Positions 11,879-23,770 of a stretch of DNA of 64,000 nt are shown in pieces (the first letter of the stretch is position 1; each line of letters opens with the position of its first letter). The stretch lies in NCBI RefSeq assembly GCF_036321535.1, contig NC_087437.1, forward strand, positions 36,272,001 through 36,336,000, given 5' to 3'. The notes beneath the pieces were generated by a model that was not told the DNA's origin, searched no databases, and was given only the letters and a program-made list of their open reading frames with translations. The translations under genes and the position numbers were made by a program. Source of the DNA: Camelus dromedarius. Its lineage: Eukaryota.

Positions 11879-12910
11879 AAACTGGAGAAAACATTTTCCA
11901 TTTATACCTGAAAAGGGGTTAACATCCAAGATAAATAAAGAACTAATACAAGTCAATAACGGAGTACTAAATATGCTATTTTTAAAAGGGGCAGAGGATC
12001 TGAATAGATATTTTTCCAAAGAAGACATACAGATGGCCAAAGGGTACATGAAATGGTGCTCAACATCACTATCAGAGAAATGCAAATCAAAACCACAACG
12101 AGATATCCCCTCACACCTGTTAGAATGTCTGTTATAAAGATAAGAATCAACAAAGTATTGGGGAGAAAGGGGAAACTTGGTTCACTGTTGTTGAGAACTT
12201 AAATGGGTGCAGTCACTATTGAAAATATGGAGGTTCCTCAAAAAATTCTGTGCTATTTATGCAAAGGATACAAAACACTAACTCCAAAAGATACCTGAAC
12301 ACGCTTTTCACTGCAGCATTATTTACAATAGCCAAGACATGGAAGCAACTTACATGTCTGTGGATAGATGAAGAAAATGTGATTTCATGTTATATAGATA
12401 GATAGATAACCCTTGAACAACACTAGGGTTAAGGGTGCTGACCCTTCATACAGTCAAAAATCTGAGTATATCTTTATAGTCAGGACTCCCTATCTGTAGT
12501 TCTACATCCTCAGATTGAACCAACCACCAATTGTTTAGTACTGTAGTACATATTTATTGAAAAAAATCTGCATATAAGTTGACCCTTGCAGTTCATAGTT
12601 CAAACCTACATTGCTCAAGGGTCAACTGTATGTGTATATATACATATATACACATATACATATATATACTGGAATTTATCCTTCCATAAAAAGGGAAATC
12701 TTGCCATTTGTGACAATTTGGATGGAACTTGAGGGTATTTATAATACTAAGTGAAATAAGTCAGAGAAAGACAAATACCATATGATCTCACTTTTATGTG
12801 GAACCTAAAAAACTGAATTCATGGATGTAACGAATACATTGGTCATTGCCAGAGGTAGGGGTGTGGGGTGGGCCAAATGGGTGAGAGTGGTCAAAAGGTA
12901 CAAACTTAAA
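11879..12910 (+). mobile_element. Continuation of the older host LINE-1 (ORF2 C-terminus and 3'UTR start)
   Basis: Resumes at the ...WEK... position where the host was interrupted at 10594; tcactatcagagaaatgcaaatcaaaaccac; taagtgaaataagtcagagaaagacaaatacc. Confidence 0.88.
12403..12628 (-). mobile_element. Tigger2-derived MITE (MER8-like, Tc1/mariner)
   Basis: Terminal inverted repeats tagataacccttgaacaac and ttgctcaagggtcaactg followed by TA; inserted in a TA-rich spot of the host L1. Confidence 0.82.
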
Positions 12911-14779
12911 AATAAGTATAATTCTGAAATATACCAAGTCAGTAGATACATGTGAATAAGTGGGTTTGATAACAAATTATTTTCATTAAGTATGAAATTT
13001 TCAACATTTGTATAGCTAACCAAGTAAAATTCAAGCTGAAAATTCTTATAAACGCACTTAGGTAATACATGTGAGGGGAAGGTGCAACAGAAAGCATCTA
13101 TATCCACTTTTTAGATAAAGTCAAGATGTGTTTTTATTAGGGCCTACTAACATCTTGCTTCCTAAGAAACTGAAGACATATAAATGATTGATTTTGGTAT
13201 TGGTATTTTTAAGGGAAATTTTTATTGTTGCTGTAAATGGCCACAATGTCAAACATAATTCACATTTAAACTTTAAAAATATTCAGTACTTGATATTAAT
13301 TTCAAATTGACCTGAAGTAGGTACACGTACATGTGAAGATAACCTGCATATAGTTTCATGTTATTAATATCATAATAAATGGAATATTATGAGATAGTAA
13401 TTAAACATGGAGCATTAACTTATACTTATTCTAACAAATCCTTACTTCCAGCATCATGTTCAATAGAAGTAATCTCATTTTAAGCTAAGGGATTCTTATT
13501 AGCTCCTATTATCTTTGAAAAATAGTGGACACATTAAGTTGGATTATATACTGTACTCATGAACTCTTACTTGATGAGCATTTGATTTTTTAAATAGATT
13601 TTCCATTAACCTTTGCTGAAAAGACTAATATTTTTCAGAAAGCAAACAGTAATTTAATACAATCACAGTATATTTTTATTTCACCAAACTCACAAACTTA
13701 AATCACTAGGCTTTAGTGCTGGATTGCATTTGTGGCATTGTTTCACTCAGTTGTTCATTATCTCTGTTTATTTTTTTTCACCAAACTCTTCGTCTTTAAC
13801 TGCACTCTCTCCTTAATTTCATATATCCCATTATATCCAAATACTTGTCATTTATGTGTTCTTAATATCTCTGAAATTTACCTTTGCCTTTCCTTTCCCA
13901 TTATGTTGAATTTGTTTAACACTTCATCAATGACATGACAAAACTTACAGGAAGGAACCAATTATGAAGTCTATTGTGTCCTTATTCATGAAGGGAGAGG
14001 GCTTATATAAAGGATGAGGTTCTTTTTAGGAAGGTAAACTTATTCTGTTTGTTTTATTATCCACTCACCTACAAAATGTTAGCAAGTTCTTCAACAAAAT
14101 AAAACAAGCATCAAAGGACATTATGCCTCCATGGATTCCATGCTGATGAAGTGTTGGTAAACCTTAATGAAATCAGGAAATTTCAGTGACTACCTAGGCC
14201 AGCTGCCTAGGCCAAAACTGCAGCTCCACAGCTGCCCTGGGTTGGTGTTCACTCAAGACTTACGGCCCTCTACGATCTGCCACAGCCCAGACACGTGCAG
14301 CACTCCCTTTTGTACTATGTATGCTGCACCCAGTTAAAGTGCTTACTCTCCTTCCCTGAAAGCACCCTGTACTTTCCTTCATCTGCACTTAATTTCCTCA
14401 TCTTTTTTCTCCTCTATGGAATGTTTCCCAACTTTGCTGTCATTTGAATTTCAAGCCTAAATGGAACCTCTATCCTGCCTTCTTACAGTTCTCTTCAAGT
14501 GCACTGACTTTTAACTTTACCAATCTCTAAACATGGGATTTGCTTGTTTCCTAAGAAATTTATCATGAGCATTATACTTATCACTAAGTATAGCTACTCA
14601 TATATCACAAATTCCATCTTGAGGATAAATTGAGTATAGAGATCATATATTAAACAATTTTCACATAGTGGGGTTCTTAATGAAAAACTTATTAAATGTT
14701 GAATAAACATATTCTCATGCTATTTTATCATATAAATTTATCATGTTATAGGAAGCACATAATATACAGTTTATAAACT

Positions 14780-16560
14780 GTTGCAGTCATGGGCAAAGTT
14801 GCTCATATCTCCTTTCAAGAGAGAAACTCATATAAGGTGGATTCCCATCTGATTGCTTCCTACTGTAAGTGCCATCAGGAACTGCCTCAGCTTCTTGGAA
14901 CAACAGGGGAAGACGGTAGTGGTACAAAGATGGAAGGGAATGCCTTGTCCACTGTAATGAACAAGGTCTTTGAAAAGTTCACGAAGAACAATACATACAA
15001 GGGTAATGGAATGGAAGTTACACTGATACCCTGAAGAAGGATGATGATAAACAAGATGTGGCTAAGGGTGTGAGTCAGAGAACCTCCACTCTAACTTACA
15101 AAGAGGCCCTTAGCTCTCTCAGTGAATTAGGAGCAACTGAGGAACAGACACAGGGTATTATTAAGATCACTGAGCTATAAATACTATCAAATACTCAGGC
15201 TAGGCATGTCTGTTATGCTGTGTTTAGGGCCCTGGTTGAGAAAACCTGAGTTGATGAAGCTTCAAAAGGGAATACCTGTGTGGATTCCTCTGAAGATTTT
15301 AACTGAACCCCCAAGTCTTCAGAGGGAGCTCACTTTCGGCTCCTTGATACAGGAATAACCTGCAAAGGCCTCTTCCCTGCAAGGCAACCAATGCCCCTTC
15401 AAGAGCTGTCCCCATCTTTTTTCCTGGCTGCCAGATTGATAAGTAGGGTTCAAGAAGATCCCCAATGGGTATATGTTCATTCTGACAATCCATAAAGTCA
15501 TCATCTAATTGGGTAGATCCAGTAATAGCTCATTGTAGGATAGAAATGGTATGTCAAGGATTGAACCTGAGCAGGACTAGAAGTAAATACTATAAGTAAA
15601 TTGCATAAGTACACAGCCTAGATTCCCATGTCATCCACCCTATTTTCATCCCTCCCTCATCATGTTATCTATGGTGTTTGGAGGGAATATTAAAAAAAAA
15701 AAAAAAAAAAGCATGGTTTAGGGATAGATTGGCCCAGTACATAAAGCAAATAAAAAATGAATAGAGGCTATACTCCAGCCATACTTGGAGGTATCTCTGA
15801 ATGACAGTGAGTGAAAATCTTCCCAATGGACAGATCTTTTACTATTGTAACTATTCACTGACTTTATGGGAAAGGAAATGTAGTCAGAGATGAGAATTTG
15901 TGGAATTATGGGCAATGGTGAGTGGCCTAACAGTTAAAAAATTGGATTATCAGATAAAAAAAAAAAGTCTAGGAGAGAGGCATGCAGACAGACAGATGCA
16001 AATGGCATCAACTGTAAAATTTTTCATGTCAAATATAAATGCCCACCAGTGAACACTATGGACAGAGCACTGAACAATCAAGTAGACAAAATTACTCAGC
16101 CAGTTGATATTAAACAGTCTTTGTTATCAGCTCTGCCAGACCTGGCAGGGCACGTACAGGAATGCAGTAATCATTGGGTTAGAAATGGAGACCACAAAGA
16201 AGTCTAAGAGCATGGATTCTCACAATCTACCTCCTGCTTTCTCAAAATGTTTAATGTGTCAAAGAAGTACCAATTCTGAAGCACCCATAATGCACGTTTC
16301 CTTGGAAAAACAAACTATCTGTTGTTACCAGGGGTAACAAGTCATTCCCAAAGGAATTGACGTCTATTCTGGTTACCAGAATTATTTTTCTTACCCACAA
16401 GAGCCCTAGCCAGCACCAACCACTGTCTAGGGACTTACAAAATGCCTGATAAACAGGCATGAAGTTTCACACAATATAGCATCTAGCCAGAGAGTACATT
16501 CACACAGAAGGAGCCGCAGGATAATCCAACTGGCAAACACACTCCACTGAAAATAATTAG
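14780..16560 (+). mobile_element. Degraded ERVL/MaLR internal sequence with pol RNase H-region remnants
   Basis: 15711-16130 reads in shifting frames AWFRD...LQP...SLNDSE..KSSQWTDL and NAHQ...LNNQVDKIT, matching ERVL pol motifs AWFTDGS/KSSQWAEL/HVNAHQ/NNQVDRMT. Confidence 0.6.
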
Positions 16561-17209
16561 TATGGCTATTTCTTGAGGAAGGAAGCCCAATAAAACTCAC
16601 ATCACCATTACACACATCTTAAGCTTTCCCAATGGACCCATGACAATTTGGAATTACAGTGAAAGTAGCCCCTATGTAATAATTGCAGTAGAACTTTATG
16701 TTCTAGATAGAAGGTTAAAAATAGAATCTAATGGTGCAATCACATGATTTCTAAACACAGATCACAACTTAAATATTATTTAAATATTATGTAAAAAACA
16801 TTTCAGACAGATGAGAAGAATTAAGCATATTTAAATCTATATTACAGACACAAATATGATTCACCACTTGAGCCTTTGAATATATTTTCAACTGGGGAAA
16901 AAAAGGAAGCCAGATCAAAACAAGCTATCAGATTAACAAACTCATTTCTACTCTCAATTCTCATAGCTAATAATGGTGTGCCACAGGAAATAGTAAAACA
17001 GACAAAGGCGAACATACAGTGAATTGACTAGAAATTGCATAATTTCAGGTTTACATACGGTTTGAGGAACTTTGTAGAAATCATCTCTGCCTCAACTATT
17101 TCACACAATGTGCTGAAATGCTACTCTGAATTACATCATTTGTTTTTTGTTTTAGTGCAAGTCTCCCTATACTCATCCTATATTTTAGTACAAAAATTTT
17201 TAGATATGG

Positions 17210-17702
17210 ATGAGAGGTGAAGGTTCGGCTTCCAGAAACAGCAGTCTGAATGGTTAGAGCCAATCTCACACATACATTGTCAAGAAAATAAATAGTCCTG
17301 TCAACAAAAGTCCCCTCCTTACCAATACAGAAGGGGCAGAGAACAATTACATAATTGGCTAAGTATTAACAAATTGCACGCATGTAAGGTAAAACAAGAA
17401 TGGTTACAGGGTCTGGACAGAATTTCATGTAATTTATACAAAAAAAGTAAAAGAAAAAAATAAAAACTTTTCTCGTGCCTTGAAAGGCAAGAAAATACAC
17501 CTTGTGATTGCCTCCAATCCCAGGGCCTTCCAACTTATAACCTTGGAAGGTTGCATTTACAGTTGCATGAATCAGAAGGCCCAGGACCTTGCCTTGTAAA
17601 ATTAAAAAGTCCTGTGTTCTGAAGAAGACACCCTAAGGAGGACAGAGTGGGGAAGATGTGTCTCTCTTTTCTTTATTAAACAAAGGAGGCTTAAACATCA
17701 CA
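17210..17702 (-). mobile_element. Probable ERV solo LTR (family unassigned)
   Basis: ~490-bp block ending in ...aaacatcaca (TG start on minus strand) with LTR-like composition; recognition is by resemblance only. Confidence 0.35.
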
Positions 17703-19600
17703 TACTTTACACACAACACTTTACACACACTTTTACTAAGGCAGTGAGGACCAGAGATACACAAATATCAAAATATTAAAACTTTTTTTACTCCCATAAA
17801 TTTTTTTTCCTCTTTTGAGTCAATAGCTCTCAAATTCCCCTTGGGTATGTTCTGAATTTGTAAATAAAATTTTACTAATATGGATTGATAGCATGGGTTT
17901 CTTCACCAGCTGTGTAGTTCTGTTTCTTTAAGAGATGTTTCCCCCAAATGGAAGAGATGATGGAGAATTCTATTTAATGAAGAAAGCAGCTAACTTAGTA
18001 GATCAGTGATTTTGAAAATGAAACCATTCAGTGCCAAGTAAGTGGGCCTTTTCTCTGAGGAACCAATTCCACAGAGCCCAAGCCCTTCCCAGACAACTTA
18101 TGCCCTTTTATGGTCTTAACCTGGGGCCTAACACTGGTGCTTCCAGTCAACCTATTTTCCTGAAAATGTGGAAAGGGTGAAAGATCTAGCTCTGCTGTTC
18201 ACCATACAGTCTTTTGTTCAATCGCCTGCATTTCTGTCACACAACACATCTTGCTTTCCATACCAAATATACCCTCACATTCTTTCTCCACTTTCATTGG
18301 TCAGTGGGATTTCTGCCTCCCAAAATTTAAAAAAAAAAAAAAAAAAAAAAAGGTCTCCCACTGTTTCTCCTTTTTCTATCCCGGTAGAATCATGTATTTA
18401 TTAATTTGTACCACTTTTTTTTTCTGTCACTTCAACAGGACTTTTTACAGAAGACGAAATGAATGTTGGTAGTTGTCATCTTAAACTAGAATCCTAGACT
18501 ACCATTCTGACATGTGTGCACCCTGGTGCTTTGTTCCCACAGCCTGGAATAACTCTTTTATCTCCTGCCTCATCCCTAACACATACCTGAGAAAATCCTT
18601 AGGTAAATTTGAAGACACAACGAATCCTCCCTCCAGAGTGGCATCTCAAACACATTTCCACATTTAAATAATATATCATTGTGTAGTTTTATGGGGAATT
18701 GTTCTGTTTTCTACTGCCAAAGCCACATGGTTCAGATGCTAGATTTCTTTGTTCTTTTGACAACATGTAGAATATGGATATTTGACCTAAGATGTACTCA
18801 TTCGATATACCGTCTGGGACTGCGAAATCAGTTAATAATGGCACTCGGAACCATCATGTTGGCTAGGCAATATATTTCTAAGTTTATATTTTGTGCACTT
18901 AACTGTAGTCGATTTCTGACACATTCAACCAACATCTCTGACTGATACAAATACTTCTAACTGGGTACAGGTTTCCAGCATGAGATTCTCAGGAAGTAGG
19001 AACAATTGGAGATTGAGTATTTGGCTTAATTCAGGCTGAATGCACTACAAATTTAGTTTTAGTATTAGAATCTGGCAGTCAGACATGTGCTAATGAAAGA
19101 GGTAACTAAATTGATACAGAGCATCTACCAGAAGGAGGTGCTCTTTGAAGTCTTCAGGATTTTAGTTGGCTACTCCCTACCATAGGGAAAAGGACAGAAG
19201 AAATTTAGTAACTGCAGGGTGGATTGGCTGCCACCAAAGACACAGACAGCATAGAGGGAGAAAATAACATGCTAAAATCCTTATATTATTATATTATTCA
19301 TCAACCCAGGAACTATCTGTGACTTTGCTAAAGAATATCTTATCTCCTGCAGCCTCGGGGGGGAAAAAAGCAAATGAAAATTTTGATCCTATGACCTGCT
19401 GAATTACTGCTGTATTTCATCAAACTGAAGATGCTAGTAACTATAAAAGTAACATATCATTATTTTAGACACCACTGTGAAAAAAGAAACGAAAGTTACT
19501 GACCTCAACTCCTTTGGAACCTGGAAATGAGCCTCCTGGTCACAGGCTGGGAGAGGAAAGAGTTGCTGGGTGGCAAGATTCTCTCTGAGAACAGCAGTTA

Positions 19601-20330
19601 CCCCCGCAATGGGAGCTGGAGACGCACCACGCTCTGCGGGATTTCCTCGAGGCCGAGCAGGTGCAGGCCCTTGTGAAACGCTACTCCAACTGGCTGTTTA
19701 TGGGCCAGGAGCACGAGTTCCCCAGCCAAAGAAGGGCTTCCAGCTGCTCCTGACTAACTGCTGCAGGAACTTTTCGAAGGAGTGAAGAAGAAAGGAAAAA
19801 AAAAAAAAAAAAAAAAAGCAGAAAACAATGGAAATTCTGTCATGATTCATAGGCGGAGAGCTGCATCGACCGGAACCCAGAGGTGCTGAAGCGAGAGCTG
19901 GTCCTGACAGAGCGGAACATCATCAGCACCCTGCAGCTTTTCACGTTCGTGGGCGCTTCAGACGGACCCTCAAAGCCGAAGCCTTTTTCCCAAACATGGC
20001 AAACTGCTGGTGCTGGGGAAGCACTTAGACCTGCCCGAGCTCTCAGGCCCATCATCAAGCGCCATTGCTGTCTGGAGAAGGTTTGGCCTCTGCCGGAGCT
20101 GCTGGAGCCGCTGGGCTTCCCCTGCGCCTTTGCGGACAACTTCTATCTACGCCTACCTGGTTTGGCGTGGGGAGGTGCCCTGCGCACCGGCGATATCCGG
20201 TTGGGCGTGGGGAGGTGCACTGCGCACCAGCGTGTGCGCAGAGCCCATCACCTTCAAGTGGTGGAAGCTGGTGCGTTCAGCCCGTTTCCCCTCTCTCCCC
20301 CACCTCCCCTCGACGCCACGTGTTCTCCCT
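19601..20330. promoter_or_regulatory. CpG-island-like segment within the PADI4 retrocopy
   Basis: About 40 CpGs in ~720 bp by manual count, GC-rich, in otherwise CpG-depleted AT-rich DNA; regulatory function not shown. Confidence 0.55.
20154..20233 (+). repeat. 40-bp tandem duplication (2 copies, 34/40 identical)
   Basis: tacctggtttggcgtggggaggtgccctgcgcaccggcga / tatccggttgggcgtggggaggtgcactgcgcaccagcgt. Confidence 0.95.
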
Positions 20331-21226
20331 CAGGAACCTCATGGCCAGAGACCCTGGTCCCCTGCAGTGTGGCACAAGAGAATTTGTGAACGTTTTGTCT
20401 CCTCCAGTGGTGGCCACCCTCCCTGGCAGTGGCTTGTTTCCTTTCCTGTGCCCTGACCCCTGGGGCCCCACTCTGAGGAAACCAAGATGAGCTGCAAACT
20501 CAGTTCTGCTGTGAGAAGCTGCAATAAAGATTTATAACTAAAAACAAGCACACAAAACCTCCCAAACTAAACTAAGACCAAGTTTTGATATGTATTTTTT
20601 AAACATGTATTAATCATTCTTATAATCCATAATGGAAACTGTAAAGGAATAAACTAATTAAGGTATTACTAAGTGTCTTTAAATTCAGTGTCTGAATTTT
20701 TGAATCTCTTTAATTTGGAGTCATTGATATATAGATTTTTCCATGCAATATTTTCCCTGTGTCCCCAAGACTGTTAACGGTGCAGCAGCATTTCTTTTTA
20801 AAAATCGTTCTATTATAGGCTCTGGGGTATTCTTCCAAGCTTCTGACACTCTCCTTCAAGTTTTAATTCAAGTCCATTCTAAATTTACTAAACTCTTCGC
20901 ATTCGCTCAGTTGAATCACATGGAAGTTAAACAGCTCTGTCCAAAATGCAAATTTTCTGACAAATTGAGTGTCAACAATTGAACAATGGTTTGGCCTGAA
21001 ACTTGAATATATCTCACTAACTTCTTGGTTCTTTAAAATTTAATTCCTCTCTTCCAAAGAAGTTGGCAATTTCTCTTTCCTCCAGCTGCATTATATTTAG
21101 TTTGAAAGACTATGCTGTTGCGCCCAATTTGGTGTCTAAAAGTTAACACAGCTTTTTCTACTCGTAGGCTGCCTCATTTCAGTGGTACCTGAAACCAGGA
21201 TTTCTTATGTGCATATACATCGTGAG

Positions 21227-21697
21227 TGTGGTGGTTAATTTTATGTGCCAACTTAACTGGGCCATGAGGTGCCCAGATATTTGGTTAGACATTCTAGGTG
21301 TGTCTATGAGGGTGTTTATGGATGAGATTAACATTTGAATTTGTAGACAGTAAAGCAGATTGCCCCCTGCAGTATTACAGGGCTGTACCTCATTCAGTCT
21401 GTTGAAGACCTGAATAAGACAAAAATGAGGGTAAGAGAGAATTCACTCTTTCTGCTTAATTGATTGTCTGAGGGCTGCGACATCTGTCATCTGCATTTGG
21501 ACTTAGATTCTGACTGGAACTATACCATCAGCTTGCCTGAATCTTCCACATGTTAAATGCAGATCTTCGGACATTTTAGCCTCCCTAACTGCATGAGCTG
21601 ATTCCTCATAATAAATCCTATATATAATATATAGCAAGTTATGTGTATGTATATATATGTAATTGATCTGTTTCTCCGGAGAATCTAGACTAATACA
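21227..21697 (+). mobile_element. ERVL solo LTR (MLT2-like), nested in a MER5-like element
   Basis: Starts tgtggtggttaattttatgtgccaacttaactggg, ends gactaataca; flanks gtgag/gtgat (4/5 TSD); MER5-like text on both sides. Confidence 0.88.
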
Positions 21698-21849
21698 GTG
21701 ATAATCTTGTTAAAAATGTAGATTTGGAGGTGGAGGAATGGAAACTAAGACCCTGCATTTGCTACAAATTCCAGACAATGCCAGTACCTGAGTAGCAAGT
21801 AGTAGTGATGTCAAGCATTTGCCTTTTGCTCTTTCCCTAATGTGGAATT

Positions 21850-22240
21850 GTAGTGAAGCCCCCATTAGTTTAAAATATACACTTTCCATGAACAGTAAAC
21901 TTCAATTTTAAAAACAAATTAAGATAACCTGTATCCCATGATATTGTAGCTTGTTTCAGTAAAGATAAGTTTGTAAACCCACAAATGACTTTGCACGTTG
22001 CTTCAGGAAATTTCTGAACCCAGTATGAATGGGACAAAAGCCTCGCACACTTTGGCTAAGTCCCATCTGTTTTCTGCCTTAAAAGACCCATCATAAACCA
22101 CTTGAGCTCAGATTCCCCCAAACCCTTATATATATCCCGGTTCTGACTTCCTCCTTCTGAGATAGTTCAAAGACTCTGTCAAGGTGATGTTTTCCCTTAC
22201 TGCAGTGAGGTCAAGTAAAGTCTACTTTTTAACAGACTGG
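21850..22240 (+). mobile_element. Possible old ERV LTR fragment
   Basis: TATA-like ttatatata followed by ctgtcaaggtgatgttttcccttactgcagtgaggtcaagtaaa, resembling an LTR R region. Confidence 0.35.
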
Positions 22241-22625
22241 AGAGAATTCAAAGAGGTTTTTTAAAAGATGACAGTCTCTTTGAAGACATTTTGAGTGTCA
22301 AACACAACAGGTGTTGTTCTGACTATGTAGATAACTTGGCTTGATAATATAGAAAACAGTGCTTATCTTTACACAGGTGTAGGTAATAGCTACTGAATCC
22401 GGACTGCCACCTGACCAACAGGGAATGTAAGATGCCAATTTTAAAGGTGTATCCAGAAATCAGTAATGTTTAAAAATGATGTTAAAATATGCATTTAGAA
22501 ACTCTGAAATGTAGATTTTCAAAATCAATTACTAGATACTATGTGCACATAAGCACTTTGTTTAGTAAGAAATGGAAACCTGAGAATAGAATTAAACTAT
22601 TCAGGGGAATTCCAAAAGCTTACAG

Positions 22626-22765
22626 CGGGATTGGCTACGTAATTTGGAGGGCCCAGTGCAAGCTGTATAGCCCTATGTTCACAAATTAAGATGAATTAAA
22701 GCAATCATAGGACCCTTTTAAGTTCAAGGCCCTGCATGGATCACATGCCCGAGAAGGTGACCCTG
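22626..22765 (-). mobile_element. MER45A-like hAT-Tip100 MITE
   Basis: ggctacgtaatttggagggcccagtgcaa ... cacatgcccgagaaggtgaccctg matches reverse complement of recalled MER45A. Confidence 0.75.
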
Positions 22766-22809
22766 GCTCACCACATCTGACGCATTGAAACCTCAGGGTC
22801 CCCACTGCT

Positions 22810-22985
22810 GCAGTGTAGGTATGTGGTTAACAGCACAGATCTCAGTTTTGTCGTTGACATTTAATTGAGCAAATTAAATAACTCTTCTGAACCTAATTTC
22901 CCAATACGTATATGGGGATGATAATACCTGTGAAACAGGGTTCTTGAGAGAATTAAATGTTTCAAATATACGAAGTGCTAAGAAG
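22810..22985 (+). mobile_element. MIR SINE
   Basis: MIR core ttgagcaaatta...tctgaaccta-atttccc...atggggatgataatacct...gagaattaaatg. Confidence 0.7.
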
Positions 22986-23327
22986 AGAGAAACCCTGGAG
23001 CCTGAGAAGGCTTCTTTTCTTCCCTCTTTTGTTCATTGAGCAAAAGAGTAGTTTGACAGGGCCTCTGACTGACAGCATCAACACTGATATGTAAACTCTC
23101 CAGTTGATGTCCTGAAGCTCCTAAGGATTATTTCCTGTGCCAGGAAGTGTCAGTTACTACATGGTTGGCTGTATGTTCTTAGCTCCTTTATCATGTTTAG
23201 AGTCTGTCTTCTGGAGGCCCTCCCACGGTTCAGCCAGCTGTTCCTAGGCCAAAATACACCTCTGTGCAAATAGTAAAAAGACAGAGAGATGCTCATTCTG
23301 CCGGTTCTCTACCTACACATGTGCATA

Positions 23328-23530
23328 CAGTTGCCTCTTGAACAACACAGGTTTGAATTGTATGGGTCCACTTACATGTGAATTTTTTTTTCAGTAGACA
23401 CATACTACAGTACTACATGGTCCTCAGTTGTTTGAATCCCCAGAAGCGGAAATGCAGATACAGAGAGACAACTGTAAATTTATACACAGATTTTTGACTG
23501 CACTGAGGGTCAGTGTCCCTAAGCCCTGAG
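23328..23530 (+). mobile_element. Tigger2-derived MITE (MER8-like), right end lost in a (TG/TA)n microsatellite
   Basis: TA + cagttgcctcttgaacaacacaggtttgaattgtatgggtccactta; homologous in opposite orientation to 12403-12628. Confidence 0.82.
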
Positions 23531-23770
23531 TATGTGTGTGTGTATGTATATGTATGTATGTGTGTGTATGTATATATATATATATATACTCTCTTCTGCT
23601 GTTGGTGAGTGTGTCCTTGTTTGTTTTCAAGGCAAATGCACAAGGCAGTACTAAATACCAGTATGTGCTATGTGTGTTTCCTATTAGCCATTATCTGATA
23701 AGGTTATATCTGCCTTGCCTTAAAGATGTAGAAATTTCCCTGAAAAAGAAAATTACTTTTTATTCTTCCT

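Larger units (their letters stand above)
19495..20545 (+). pseudogene. PADI4: 5'-truncated processed pseudogene of peptidyl arginine deiminase 4
   Basis: Shifting frames give LNSFG/NLEMS, HALRDFLEAEQVQALVKRYSNWLFMG, KGFQLLL, FEGVKKK, ESCIDRNPEVLKRELVLTERNII, SKAEAFFPNM, LVLGKHL, CCLEK, LLEPLG, GEVHC, FKWW, collinear with the PAD4 C-terminal domain and with no introns; PADI4-like 3'UTR, AATAAA at 20523-20528, A-rich remnant. Confidence 0.92.

Noticed and set aside
19796..19817. A-run as the poly(A) tail of a separate retrocopy
   Set aside because: PAD4 homology continues collinearly on both sides
19840..20551. Overlapping 99-168 aa ORFs as novel proteins
   Set aside because: Frameshifted mosaics of the PADI4 retrocopy in GC-rich, stop-poor sequence
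19480..20560. TSD for the PADI4 retrocopy (aaaaagaaac vs aaaaacaagc)
   Set aside because: Low complexity and too mismatched to call
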